DNA from: a virus
Strand: one strand, 5' to 3'
DNA length: 64,000 nt
Virus record (IMG/VR): IMGVR_UViG_3300027969_002350
Location: 1-64,000 of that record
Of the stretch, positions 1-7,509 are shown one piece after another. A program made the position numbers and the translations under genes. Position 1 is the first letter of the stretch, and every line of letters begins with the position of its first letter. The notes below the pieces were generated by a model, which was not told the origin of the DNA, ran no database searches, and saw only the letters and a list, made by a program, of their open reading frames with translations.

Positions 1-2
1 AA

Positions 3-1538
3 TCAGTCACGGAAGCATTTGACCAACCCTATAAAATACTTCGATGGGAAAAGGGTGACTTCGGTGATGTAGACGCAATAGCACGATTAGATGACAACAC
101 CTTTCTAAGTATTATGTTCAACAAGGGATTTAGTCAAGGTACAAAAGAAGAAGCATGGAGTGTTGAGTTTTATAGAAACAACAGCCAAGAAGTCACAGGA
201 GAAGGTGATGCACAACGTGTGTTCGCCACTGTGATAAGTGCTATACAAACATTTATTGAAAAGTACAAACCTAATAAAATAACCTTTTCAGCGAGTAAAG
301 AAGTTGAAGATGGACAAAACTCACAAAGCAGAGCAAGATTATATGACAGTTTAGTTCAGCGTTACGCAAGGTCCTGGGGCTTTAGAGCATTTCGTGCTGA
401 CACTGGTAACAAAGTTATCTACGAATTAAGTAGATTAAAGCCTATTGTTGACAAACCTGTGGCGGAAGGCTCTTGGAAAAAGCCCAAGTTTAATACTGAC
501 ACCGTGGTATATGACGGTGCAAAAGCAAACGGTATATCTATTTTTTCAGCAGGATATCACCCTGATATTGAAACAGCATGGATTGAAGCAATAAAATCTG
601 TTAAGCCAGGTGCGGGTGCCACTATGGTTAAATCATTTGAGCAGTGGGCAAAGTCTCAAGGTGCAAAGACTATTAGAGCCGAAGCACTTCAGCCCAGTTT
701 GAATTTTTGGAAAAAAATGGGGTTTGATGTTGTTGGTAATCCGTCTAGTAAGAACAGGGTGCCGATCGAAAAACATATTGGCCAGCAAGATGTGGCAGAA
801 AATATCAACACTATGAATTTTGAAGAAGGTGATTGTCCTATTTTCGCTATTGCTTTACATCGTTTATCCAAATTGCCATTAATGGCATTAATTGAGTATA
901 ATGAACAAGTGGGAAGTACAGTATTAATTCACGCCTATGTAAAACTTAATAATCAATGGCGTATTGATGCTAGTGGAGAAACTGATGTTAATTGGATGTT
1001 ACAAAAATATCCTAACAATGGTAACGCAGAAGAAATAGAAATAAGCGAAAACAATTTAATTAAATTAGGGTATGGTAAAAATAAATGCCCTATGCTACAA
1101 CAAGTTCTTCCACATGCTAAAGAAGTTTTACAAGATATAGAACTAAATGAAAACTTTGCAGATGGTAAAGTAAAAGGTAAAAGCCGTCCCGGGCGTGTAA
1201 AACGCAGTGGTGCAAGCTGTGACGGAAGTGTCTCAGATCTAAGATCAAAAGCAAAAGATGCCAGTGGCGAACGTGCCAAAATGTATCACTGGTGTGCTAA
1301 CATGAAAAGCGGCCGTGCTAAAAACGAATCTGAAATGTTAGAAGATTTAAACGTTATATGGAAAGATGTATTGGAAGCTGGCGTGTATAAAGGTTATCCC
1401 TGTACTAAAGACTGTAGCGGACATGCCGCAGGCGATCGTTGGGCAGATGCTAGAAATATAACTGACCCTAATCAATGTCCTTACAGTAATAACAGTTTCT
1501 GGGAAGGTTGTCTAGCGCATACCGATGAACAAGAATAA
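3..1538 (+). CDS. Mosaic multi-module protein, probable capsid-internal protein with GNAT-like and Cys-His-Asp modules; 5'-partial
   Basis: Frame is open from nt 3 (SVTEAFDQPYKILRW...), upstream of the listed ATG at 114. Modules are joined at VAE/LNE/VLE motifs. GNAT-like segment KPGAGATMV...FWKKMGF. Confidence 0.6.
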   Translation, partial: SVTEAFDQPYKILRWEKGDFGDVDAIARLDDNTFLSIMFNKGFSQGTKEEAWSVEFYRNNSQEVTGEGDAQRVFATVISAIQTFIEKYKPNKITFSASKEVEDGQNSQSRARLYDSLVQRYARSWGFRAFRADTGNKVIYELSRLKPIVDKPVAEGSWKKPKFNTDTVVYDGAKANGISIFSAGYHPDIETAWIEAIKSVKPGAGATMVKSFEQWAKSQGAKTIRAEALQPSLNFWKKMGFDVVGNPSSKNRVPIEKHIGQQDVAENINTMNFEEGDCPIFAIALHRLSKLPLMALIEYNEQVGSTVLIHAYVKLNNQWRIDASGETDVNWMLQKYPNNGNAEEIEISENNLIKLGYGKNKCPMLQQVLPHAKEVLQDIELNENFADGKVKGKSRPGRVKRSGASCDGSVSDLRSKAKDASGERAKMYHWCANMKSGRAKNESEMLEDLNVIWKDVLEAGVYKGYPCTKDCSGHAAGDRWADARNITDPNQCPYSNNSFWEGCLAHTDEQE

Positions 1539-1540
1539 CA

Positions 1541-1548
1541 TATAAATA
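1541..1548 (+). promoter_or_regulatory. T4-type late promoter TATAAATA
   Basis: Exact T4 gp55 late consensus, 7 nt upstream of ATG 1556. Confidence 0.65.
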
Positions 1549-1555
1549 TACTATT

Positions 1556-2920
1556 ATGCGATTATTAGACCTTAAACAACTTACCGAAGCGGCATTAGAC
1601 GTTGATGAACTTAAAAAGTACGAAGATGAAGTATCGTCTCCTACTCCATATCTACGTGCTAATAAATTTTTAAGTAAGATTGAACGCAATGAAGAATTTG
1701 AATTAGTAGGCGGAGAAAAGGTTATAATTAAACCAGAAGAATATAATAGATTATTACAAATATTTAAAGCAGACACAGTAAAAGGCCAAACAGTAAGTAT
1801 TCAATTGGCCAACGGACAAACCAAACGTTTAACACAATTTCAAAAAACAACAGACTTAGGTGGCAAAGGCGGCGGCGGTGCAGGACTGGCCAATCGAGGC
1901 GAAGCCGCAGAAGGCATATTGGGTGCTAGTTTATTTGCTAAATTAATTGCTAGAACACGTGGCAAAATAGATACAATCAATCCTACAAATATCTGGAACA
2001 TCATTGATACGTTGAAGCAAACACAGGAAGATCATTATTCTATACAAATTAAAGATGCTACTAAAAACGTTGCCAGAGACAGTATTCAATTTACATTAAA
2101 ATTAAAACCAGGACCATACAAAGACATAATGGATCCTAAGAAACGAAGTTTACTTACCAGCGAAATTAATAGTGCTGTTGCGTATGCTAACAGCGCAGAC
2201 GCACAAGAATACTGTGAGTATTTTTATCTCAACGGCAAGCCCGATGTTATCCATGTTATTACGGACGGCATCAGTGGCAGTACAACAAAGAAATCAGACG
2301 TTGAAGTTATTACAACAGATCCAACAACCGGCAAATCAGTGCGCCAACAACTTAATATTAGCCTTAAAGCAGGTAGTGATCAAATGGGTCAAGTTGGACA
2401 GGGAGAAAAAGGCGAAGAGTTTGACGCACAAAAGAAACTATGGAATTCCTTTGGCATTGACATCGAATCAAGTAGAAACGAATTTGATACTCTAGTCTCT
2501 GAACAAGGATTACCAGTAGGCATTGAAAGAATATATAGAGATGCTACCGTATTCTTACAAGACTTACTAGCAGGTAGTTTTGATGATGCTGAATACTTGT
2601 TCTTAAAAGATTTAGTCAAAGGCATTGATTATTTTGCTACATTAAACGATCCAACCGTATTGCTTGTTAGCTTTGAAGGCGGCAATTACGAAGTATTGAG
2701 TTTTGCTAATTTAGAAAAAAAACTAAAAAACATTGATTTAGACGCTAGATACAACGATAAAGCCGCCAATCCTCAAATTGAAATATATGATATAAACAGC
2801 GGTATGCAACTATTTAGGATCAGAAGCAAAAAAGAAAAAGTCAAAGGCGACAAGTGGTACATTCGCAATTACATTGAAAAAGGTCCATTGCTTTCAGAGT
2901 TAACCAGCATCAAGAAGTAA
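1556..2920 (+). CDS. Putative virion-associated protein with PD-(D/E)xK nuclease-like motifs
   Basis: 454 aa; NRGEAAEG...KSDVEV...NISLK pattern; N-terminus MRLLDLKQLTE. Confidence 0.45.
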   Translation: MRLLDLKQLTEAALDVDELKKYEDEVSSPTPYLRANKFLSKIERNEEFELVGGEKVIIKPEEYNRLLQIFKADTVKGQTVSIQLANGQTKRLTQFQKTTDLGGKGGGGAGLANRGEAAEGILGASLFAKLIARTRGKIDTINPTNIWNIIDTLKQTQEDHYSIQIKDATKNVARDSIQFTLKLKPGPYKDIMDPKKRSLLTSEINSAVAYANSADAQEYCEYFYLNGKPDVIHVITDGISGSTTKKSDVEVITTDPTTGKSVRQQLNISLKAGSDQMGQVGQGEKGEEFDAQKKLWNSFGIDIESSRNEFDTLVSEQGLPVGIERIYRDATVFLQDLLAGSFDDAEYLFLKDLVKGIDYFATLNDPTVLLVSFEGGNYEVLSFANLEKKLKNIDLDARYNDKAANPQIEIYDINSGMQLFRIRSKKEKVKGDKWYIRNYIEKGPLLSELTSIKK

Positions 2921-2955
2921 TACGATATATTGACATAAAATGGATAAATAATCAT

Positions 2956-3150
2956 ATGAAAATAAAAGAACTTATCATTGAAGACGGCGGCATAAGTGCT
3001 GGTAGTTTTGCCAACGCACCTGCCGGCAATTTGTTTGCTGTACCAATGAAACGTAATATGCCACGTAAGCGTCCAAAGAAGGAAGCTGAAGAATTCAAAA
3101 CTAAAAAAGATAAGTCTAATGTTTTAGAAACTGGAACTAAAAATGGATAA
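2956..3150 (+). CDS. Small basic protein, putative capsid-internal
   Basis: MKIKELIIE N-terminus; ATAAATA at 2944-2950 just upstream. Confidence 0.6.
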   Translation: MKIKELIIEDGGISAGSFANAPAGNLFAVPMKRNMPRKRPKKEAEEFKTKKDKSNVLETGTKNG

Positions 3151-4003
3151 ACAAAGAGCACGTCAACTTTATGAACTAGCAGATCGTTTAAGTAAATTAG
3201 ACGTTAATACTCTATCCGAAGAACAACTATCACATCGTAATACTATGATTGCTAAATTGCAAGAAGAAGTTACAACAATTAAAGAGATGGCCAGCAAGAT
3301 TATATCTGTAGATGATAAGCACGGATTCATTACAGTTATTGTACAAGCACCAGATGGCAGTAAAAGAGCAATGGCCAATGACAATCCAAATTACATCCAA
3401 AAATGGTTACAAAAATATGGATTAACTCTTCCACAGAGTATTACAAGTCAGTTCGTAGGCGTACACGAAGAATTCAACGGTGAATACGATGACGAAGCAG
3501 GTATGGTTCAAAGCAATCTACGCACAATGGCTCGTGCTGTAAACGGTTTACTAGATACCATAGAAGACAATGACAACTTGCCAGAGTGGGCACAGGAAAA
3601 AATTGCCAAAGCAGAAATGATGACAACCAGTGTTTGGGATTATTTACTAAGTCAAAAAGAACAAGGCATGGATCCTAAAGTAACAGAGGCCAAGCTGCCA
3701 GAAGTTGATTCACTTGTTACTGATACAGAAGCTGTAATGAAAGAATTTCAAATTGATGCTGAACAAGCATTAAAAACTGTGCTAGGAAACAGAGAGTATA
3801 ATAGCCGCCGTGGCTATTACAGTTTCTATATTAGACAAATTATTGCTAGATTGAATCAACAAGGTGTAACTGAAACTAAAAAGCCAAGTCCTCGTCTTAC
3901 GCCAGTTGACATGAAAAAATCTGAGCCGGTCAGTGAAGAAATAAATACAGAAGCATACGAAAGACTACAAAAGGTTTTCGCATTTAAGAATTACGAAAGT
4001 TAA
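3143..4003 (+). CDS. Hypothetical modular protein, putative capsid-internal
   Basis: 286 aa, overlaps previous gene; repeated V-x-E junctions (GVHE, KVTE, GVTE, PVSE). Confidence 0.6.
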   Translation: MDKQRARQLYELADRLSKLDVNTLSEEQLSHRNTMIAKLQEEVTTIKEMASKIISVDDKHGFITVIVQAPDGSKRAMANDNPNYIQKWLQKYGLTLPQSITSQFVGVHEEFNGEYDDEAGMVQSNLRTMARAVNGLLDTIEDNDNLPEWAQEKIAKAEMMTTSVWDYLLSQKEQGMDPKVTEAKLPEVDSLVTDTEAVMKEFQIDAEQALKTVLGNREYNSRRGYYSFYIRQIIARLNQQGVTETKKPSPRLTPVDMKKSEPVSEEINTEAYERLQKVFAFKNYES

Positions 4004-4005
4004 TT

Positions 4006-5253
4006 ATGAAACTATTTGAACTATATCAACAAAATACCCTACAAGGTACAAATAACTTAAAACAGATATCTGAAGCTGTTACCAATAAGACTGGTGCAGT
4101 TATTACTGTAGGCAATACTCAAGTTAAACTTGGCATTAATAGTGCTAGATATGTTTTTAGCTTATATGAAACCGCAGTGGCCAATGGCACCAGCGAACAA
4201 TTCTTAGAAGGCCTTGCTAATCTAAATCCAACAATGGTCATGGAAAATGATAACACAATGCGTCACATTGTCGGCAAGTTCAAGCACGAAGTTAAAAACT
4301 TCTTAGCTGGTCAAGAACTAAGCGATGACTTATATCACGCATTGTTTGACTACTACAGTGACCACGGTGAAATGCCTTATGGTACTATGAAAGGTCGTGA
4401 TGGCGATCCTTATGAATGGGTTCATATGCGTTTTGATCAAGACGTACTTGATTACACTGGCGGTGATAATCAAGATGTTCCGGCATTACCAGCGGCAACA
4501 ATGCCAATGATGCCACGTCAAGAAAGCATGTACGAATCTAAGAAAACAAAAATGAAAGAAGGTTGGGCAGAAATGCAGGCCGACGTTCTTGCTCGTGCAG
4601 AACGTGAAAAGCAAGAAAGAGGCACTGGTAAGTTTGATAAAAAACAAACTAGTACTGGTACTGTTTACAGCCGCAAATATAATGCAGATACAGGCCAATC
4701 AATTGAGCCAACTAAAGATGCAGAAGGTAAATCACCAGTTAAGCGCAGTCGCGGGCGCCCAAGTGCTGCCGCTAGTTCTACCGAAGGTGGTACAAGTTTT
4801 GCAGATTACAACAGTTGGTATCACAAGTCTAAGCGTACACATAGTGAACGCAAGATTGTTGGTAGCAGAGCAGGTGCTGTAGCAGTTGTTCCAAAAGGTA
4901 AAAAATATCTAGTAGTAGGTAATTGGGAAAACGATTCTGGTATGTTGTTTGATGCACCAAGTGAAATACTGTCATTGGAAGATTTAAAAGCATTTAAGAG
5001 TGCTAAAGGACGTCCAAAGAAAATCCGTGAATGGATTGAAACATTACGTTTTGTATCCGAAGGTGAAACAACTAAAACATCAACCGGTCTTAAGCATAGT
5101 GCTAAAGGCAAATATGGTGCAGACGAAAACGAACCAGAAGATGAAGAACAACTAGACAAAGCTGGCACTAACCGTAGAGAAAAAGCTATGGGCGTTAAGT
5201 GGGATCGCGAAAAGAAATGGGGCGGCGGCATTAAAGTTGAAAGCAAGAAGTAA
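4006..5253 (+). CDS. Hypothetical protein with AT-hook-like motifs, putative capsid-internal DNA-binding protein
   Basis: 415 aa; RSRGRP and KGRPKK motifs; MKLFEL start. Confidence 0.6.
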   Translation: MKLFELYQQNTLQGTNNLKQISEAVTNKTGAVITVGNTQVKLGINSARYVFSLYETAVANGTSEQFLEGLANLNPTMVMENDNTMRHIVGKFKHEVKNFLAGQELSDDLYHALFDYYSDHGEMPYGTMKGRDGDPYEWVHMRFDQDVLDYTGGDNQDVPALPAATMPMMPRQESMYESKKTKMKEGWAEMQADVLARAEREKQERGTGKFDKKQTSTGTVYSRKYNADTGQSIEPTKDAEGKSPVKRSRGRPSAAASSTEGGTSFADYNSWYHKSKRTHSERKIVGSRAGAVAVVPKGKKYLVVGNWENDSGMLFDAPSEILSLEDLKAFKSAKGRPKKIREWIETLRFVSEGETTKTSTGLKHSAKGKYGADENEPEDEEQLDKAGTNRREKAMGVKWDREKKWGGGIKVESKK

Positions 5254-5669
5254 TGCGTATCTCTGAAATTCTTGCCGAGAGTTGGAGTCAAAAGTATAAA
5301 AGCAGTATCAATTGTTCTCATCCTAAAGGCTTTAGTCAAAAGGCTCATTGTGCTGGCAAAAAGAAACACAACGAGTCAATTGAAACAGAAATGGTCTGCG
5401 AAGACTGCGGTATGTGCCAAACACACGGCGACAACCTAGTAGAAGTCAAACAACGGTTAGATGCCAAATGTTGGACAGGTAAGCACAAAGAAGGCACTAA
5501 GATCAAAGGCGGTGTTCGTGTAAACAACTGTGTACCTAATGAAAGCCTAGATGCTAATCAAAAACGTGTAGGACAAGTTGGTGGTGAAGAAAAAGCAAAA
5601 AAGATAGGACAAGTTCTTGCTAAACCTCCTAAGCAACATCCTTTCAAAGGTCGATTGGTCGGCGAATAA
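5253..5669 (+). CDS. Small Cys-rich modular protein, putative capsid-internal
   Basis: MRISEILAE start; modules CSHPKGFSQKAHC, CEDCGMCQTH and CWTG...NNC. Confidence 0.65.
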   Translation: MRISEILAESWSQKYKSSINCSHPKGFSQKAHCAGKKKHNESIETEMVCEDCGMCQTHGDNLVEVKQRLDAKCWTGKHKEGTKIKGGVRVNNCVPNESLDANQKRVGQVGGEEKAKKIGQVLAKPPKQHPFKGRLVGE

Positions 5670-5676
5670 CTAAACA

Positions 5677-6081
5677 ATGACGCATTGGCAAGAATACATT
5701 CGCAGTAGTTATGAATTGATTCTTGATGCAGAAGGCAAGACTGCTACTTACTTAAACGAACCTTTAGAATACTATCTAGTCAGCTTGATGGCTAGATGGT
5801 TTGACAAGCCTAATATTCCCCCTGATACTCCTGTGGCAATACTAATGCTTACTGCCATGCAAAATCCTAGAAAAGAAAACTTGTCAGAAGTAGCAGACAT
5901 TTGTTTGTTCTACGACAGCTTTAAAATAAAACAACGTAAATGGCCATCGCCCAAGTATTATAAAGACATGGGCGCCACAGCATATGGCATGGCTTATGTT
6001 GCTAGTAATGACAATATATACAATCAACTAGAAATTAGTTTTGATACGTGTAGTAGAATTTTATCTAATACTATTAAATAA
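5677..6081 (+). CDS. Hypothetical protein
   Basis: 134 aa ORF tiling between its neighbours. Confidence 0.7.
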   Translation: MTHWQEYIRSSYELILDAEGKTATYLNEPLEYYLVSLMARWFDKPNIPPDTPVAILMLTAMQNPRKENLSEVADICLFYDSFKIKQRKWPSPKYYKDMGATAYGMAYVASNDNIYNQLEISFDTCSRILSNTIK

Positions 6082-6119
6082 CTTATTAAAGATAAATATA
6101 TTCAATAGGAAAACAAATC

Positions 6120-6560
6120 ATGGATGAATTAGTACAAGCAATGAAAAAGGCACTGGCAGATACATTTGCCTTTTATTTAAAAGCACAGGGCTTTCACTGG
6201 AACGTTGAAGGTCCTAATTTCCCACAATATCACGCATTGTTTGATACTATATACAACGAAGTCTATGGAAGCATAGATCGTTTTGCAGAAGAAATTCGTG
6301 CCATGGATGCGTATGCTCCTGCTAGTTTTGCTCGCTTCAGTGAACTAACTAGTCTAGAAGATGAGATACAAATTTTAAATGCACAAGGCATGCTGGCAAA
6401 ATTATTAGCAGACAATGATGTTGTATTGGCTAGTCTTGAGCAAGCATATGAATTAGCAGAAGTTGCACACAATCATGGACTAAGCAACTTCTTAGCTGAA
6501 CGTCAAGATGCACATAAAAAACATGCTTGGCAATTAAAAGCAACTCTAAAACAAAGATAA
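6120..6560 (+). CDS. dps: Dps/ferritin-like DNA protection protein
   Basis: HWNVEGPNFPQYHALF...DRFAEEIR ferroxidase signature; AGGA RBS; GATAAATA at 6091-6098. Confidence 0.92.
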   Translation: MDELVQAMKKALADTFAFYLKAQGFHWNVEGPNFPQYHALFDTIYNEVYGSIDRFAEEIRAMDAYAPASFARFSELTSLEDEIQILNAQGMLAKLLADNDVVLASLEQAYELAEVAHNHGLSNFLAERQDAHKKHAWQLKATLKQR

Positions 6561-6806
6561 ATGAATCCTTTAATTAAAGAGTTAGTTCGGACAGAACTAA
6601 CTAAAAACCAAATACTTGCTCTTGACTCTTTTATCGCAGACAGAGGTGAGGAAATATTCAAAAACAGCAATCTACTCAAAGTAATCAACAAAGGCGATTT
6701 AAATTCCGTTCCTGTTGAACTTGCAAAATGGGTCGTAGATTCTGGAAGACTTCGTCCAGAACTCGCAGAACTTCGCCAAAAAGAAATCTCCTTGTTTACC
6801 AAATAA
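6561..6806 (+). CDS. Truncated GH24 lysozyme-like protein (C-terminal lobe only)
   Basis: LTKNQILALDSF...NSNLLKVINKGD...ELAKWV...LRQKEISLF resembles the phage lysozyme C-terminal half; no catalytic N-terminal segment. Confidence 0.55.
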   Translation: MNPLIKELVRTELTKNQILALDSFIADRGEEIFKNSNLLKVINKGDLNSVPVELAKWVVDSGRLRPELAELRQKEISLFTK

Positions 6807-6809
6807 CAC

Positions 6810-6838
6810 TTGACCTTTGTTGTCTACTATAGTATAAT
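6810..6838 (+). promoter_or_regulatory. Sigma70-type promoter
   Basis: TTGACC-N17-TATAAT. Confidence 0.75.
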
Positions 6839-6868
6839 AGTGAACACACATTTTACTAAGGAGTGTTT

Positions 6869-7126
6869 ATGGAACCGCGTATGTTTTCCGGCGATGAAAA
6901 AGCCAAAATTAAAAAACTATTTGCCGAAGGCATTCAAGTTATGGGCGAAGTTGCTGCCTTGTCAGAGGGCTTGAATGAAACGATTAAAGCCATTGCAGAA
7001 GAACTAGACATGAAACCCGGCGTACTAAAGAAAGCATTACGTATTGCTTATAAGAATGAGTTTGCCAAAGAACAAGATGCATTTACTGAAGTAGAAGAAG
7101 TTCTTGAAGTTGCAGGTCATCGTTGA
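6869..7126 (+). CDS. T4 DsbA-like double-stranded DNA-binding protein
   Basis: AAGGAG RBS then ATG 6869; about 85 aa helical, IKAIAEELDMKPGVLKKALRIAYK; lies upstream of DNA polymerase. Confidence 0.6.
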   Translation: MEPRMFSGDEKAKIKKLFAEGIQVMGEVAALSEGLNETIKAIAEELDMKPGVLKKALRIAYKNEFAKEQDAFTEVEEVLEVAGHR

Positions 7127-7509
7127 ATCAGTCATACCTAAGTCGGTTACAATATAATAAATTCTGGAGTGGCAGATCTAATTGCCCTTCAAAGAATGTA
7201 GCTGACTTATGGGCGGAACAGATTATTGTTCCTGCTATTTTTTACATTTATGATGATATGATTGATGATATAAAAGAGTTTGTCAATAAACAAACTTGGC
7301 AATTTTATTTTGAATGGCTATGTACTGCCGTTCTAATCGTCGGAGTTGCTTTAACCAGTTATAATGTTTATCCTCTAAACATTTGGGTCAGCGGTCTAGG
7401 CAATCTAGGCTGGTTTGTTCTTGGAATACTATGGCGTAAGTGGAGTTTGATTATTGTTCAACTTATAGTTACAATAATCTATGTTGCAGGAATATATAAT
7501 ATACTATGA
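7123..7509 (+). CDS. Small membrane protein (true start probably ATG 7258)
   Basis: Three hydrophobic segments in the C-terminal 80 aa. Confidence 0.55.
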   Translation: MNQSYLSRLQYNKFWSGRSNCPSKNVADLWAEQIIVPAIFYIYDDMIDDIKEFVNKQTWQFYFEWLCTAVLIVGVALTSYNVYPLNIWVSGLGNLGWFVLGILWRKWSLIIVQLIVTIIYVAGIYNIL

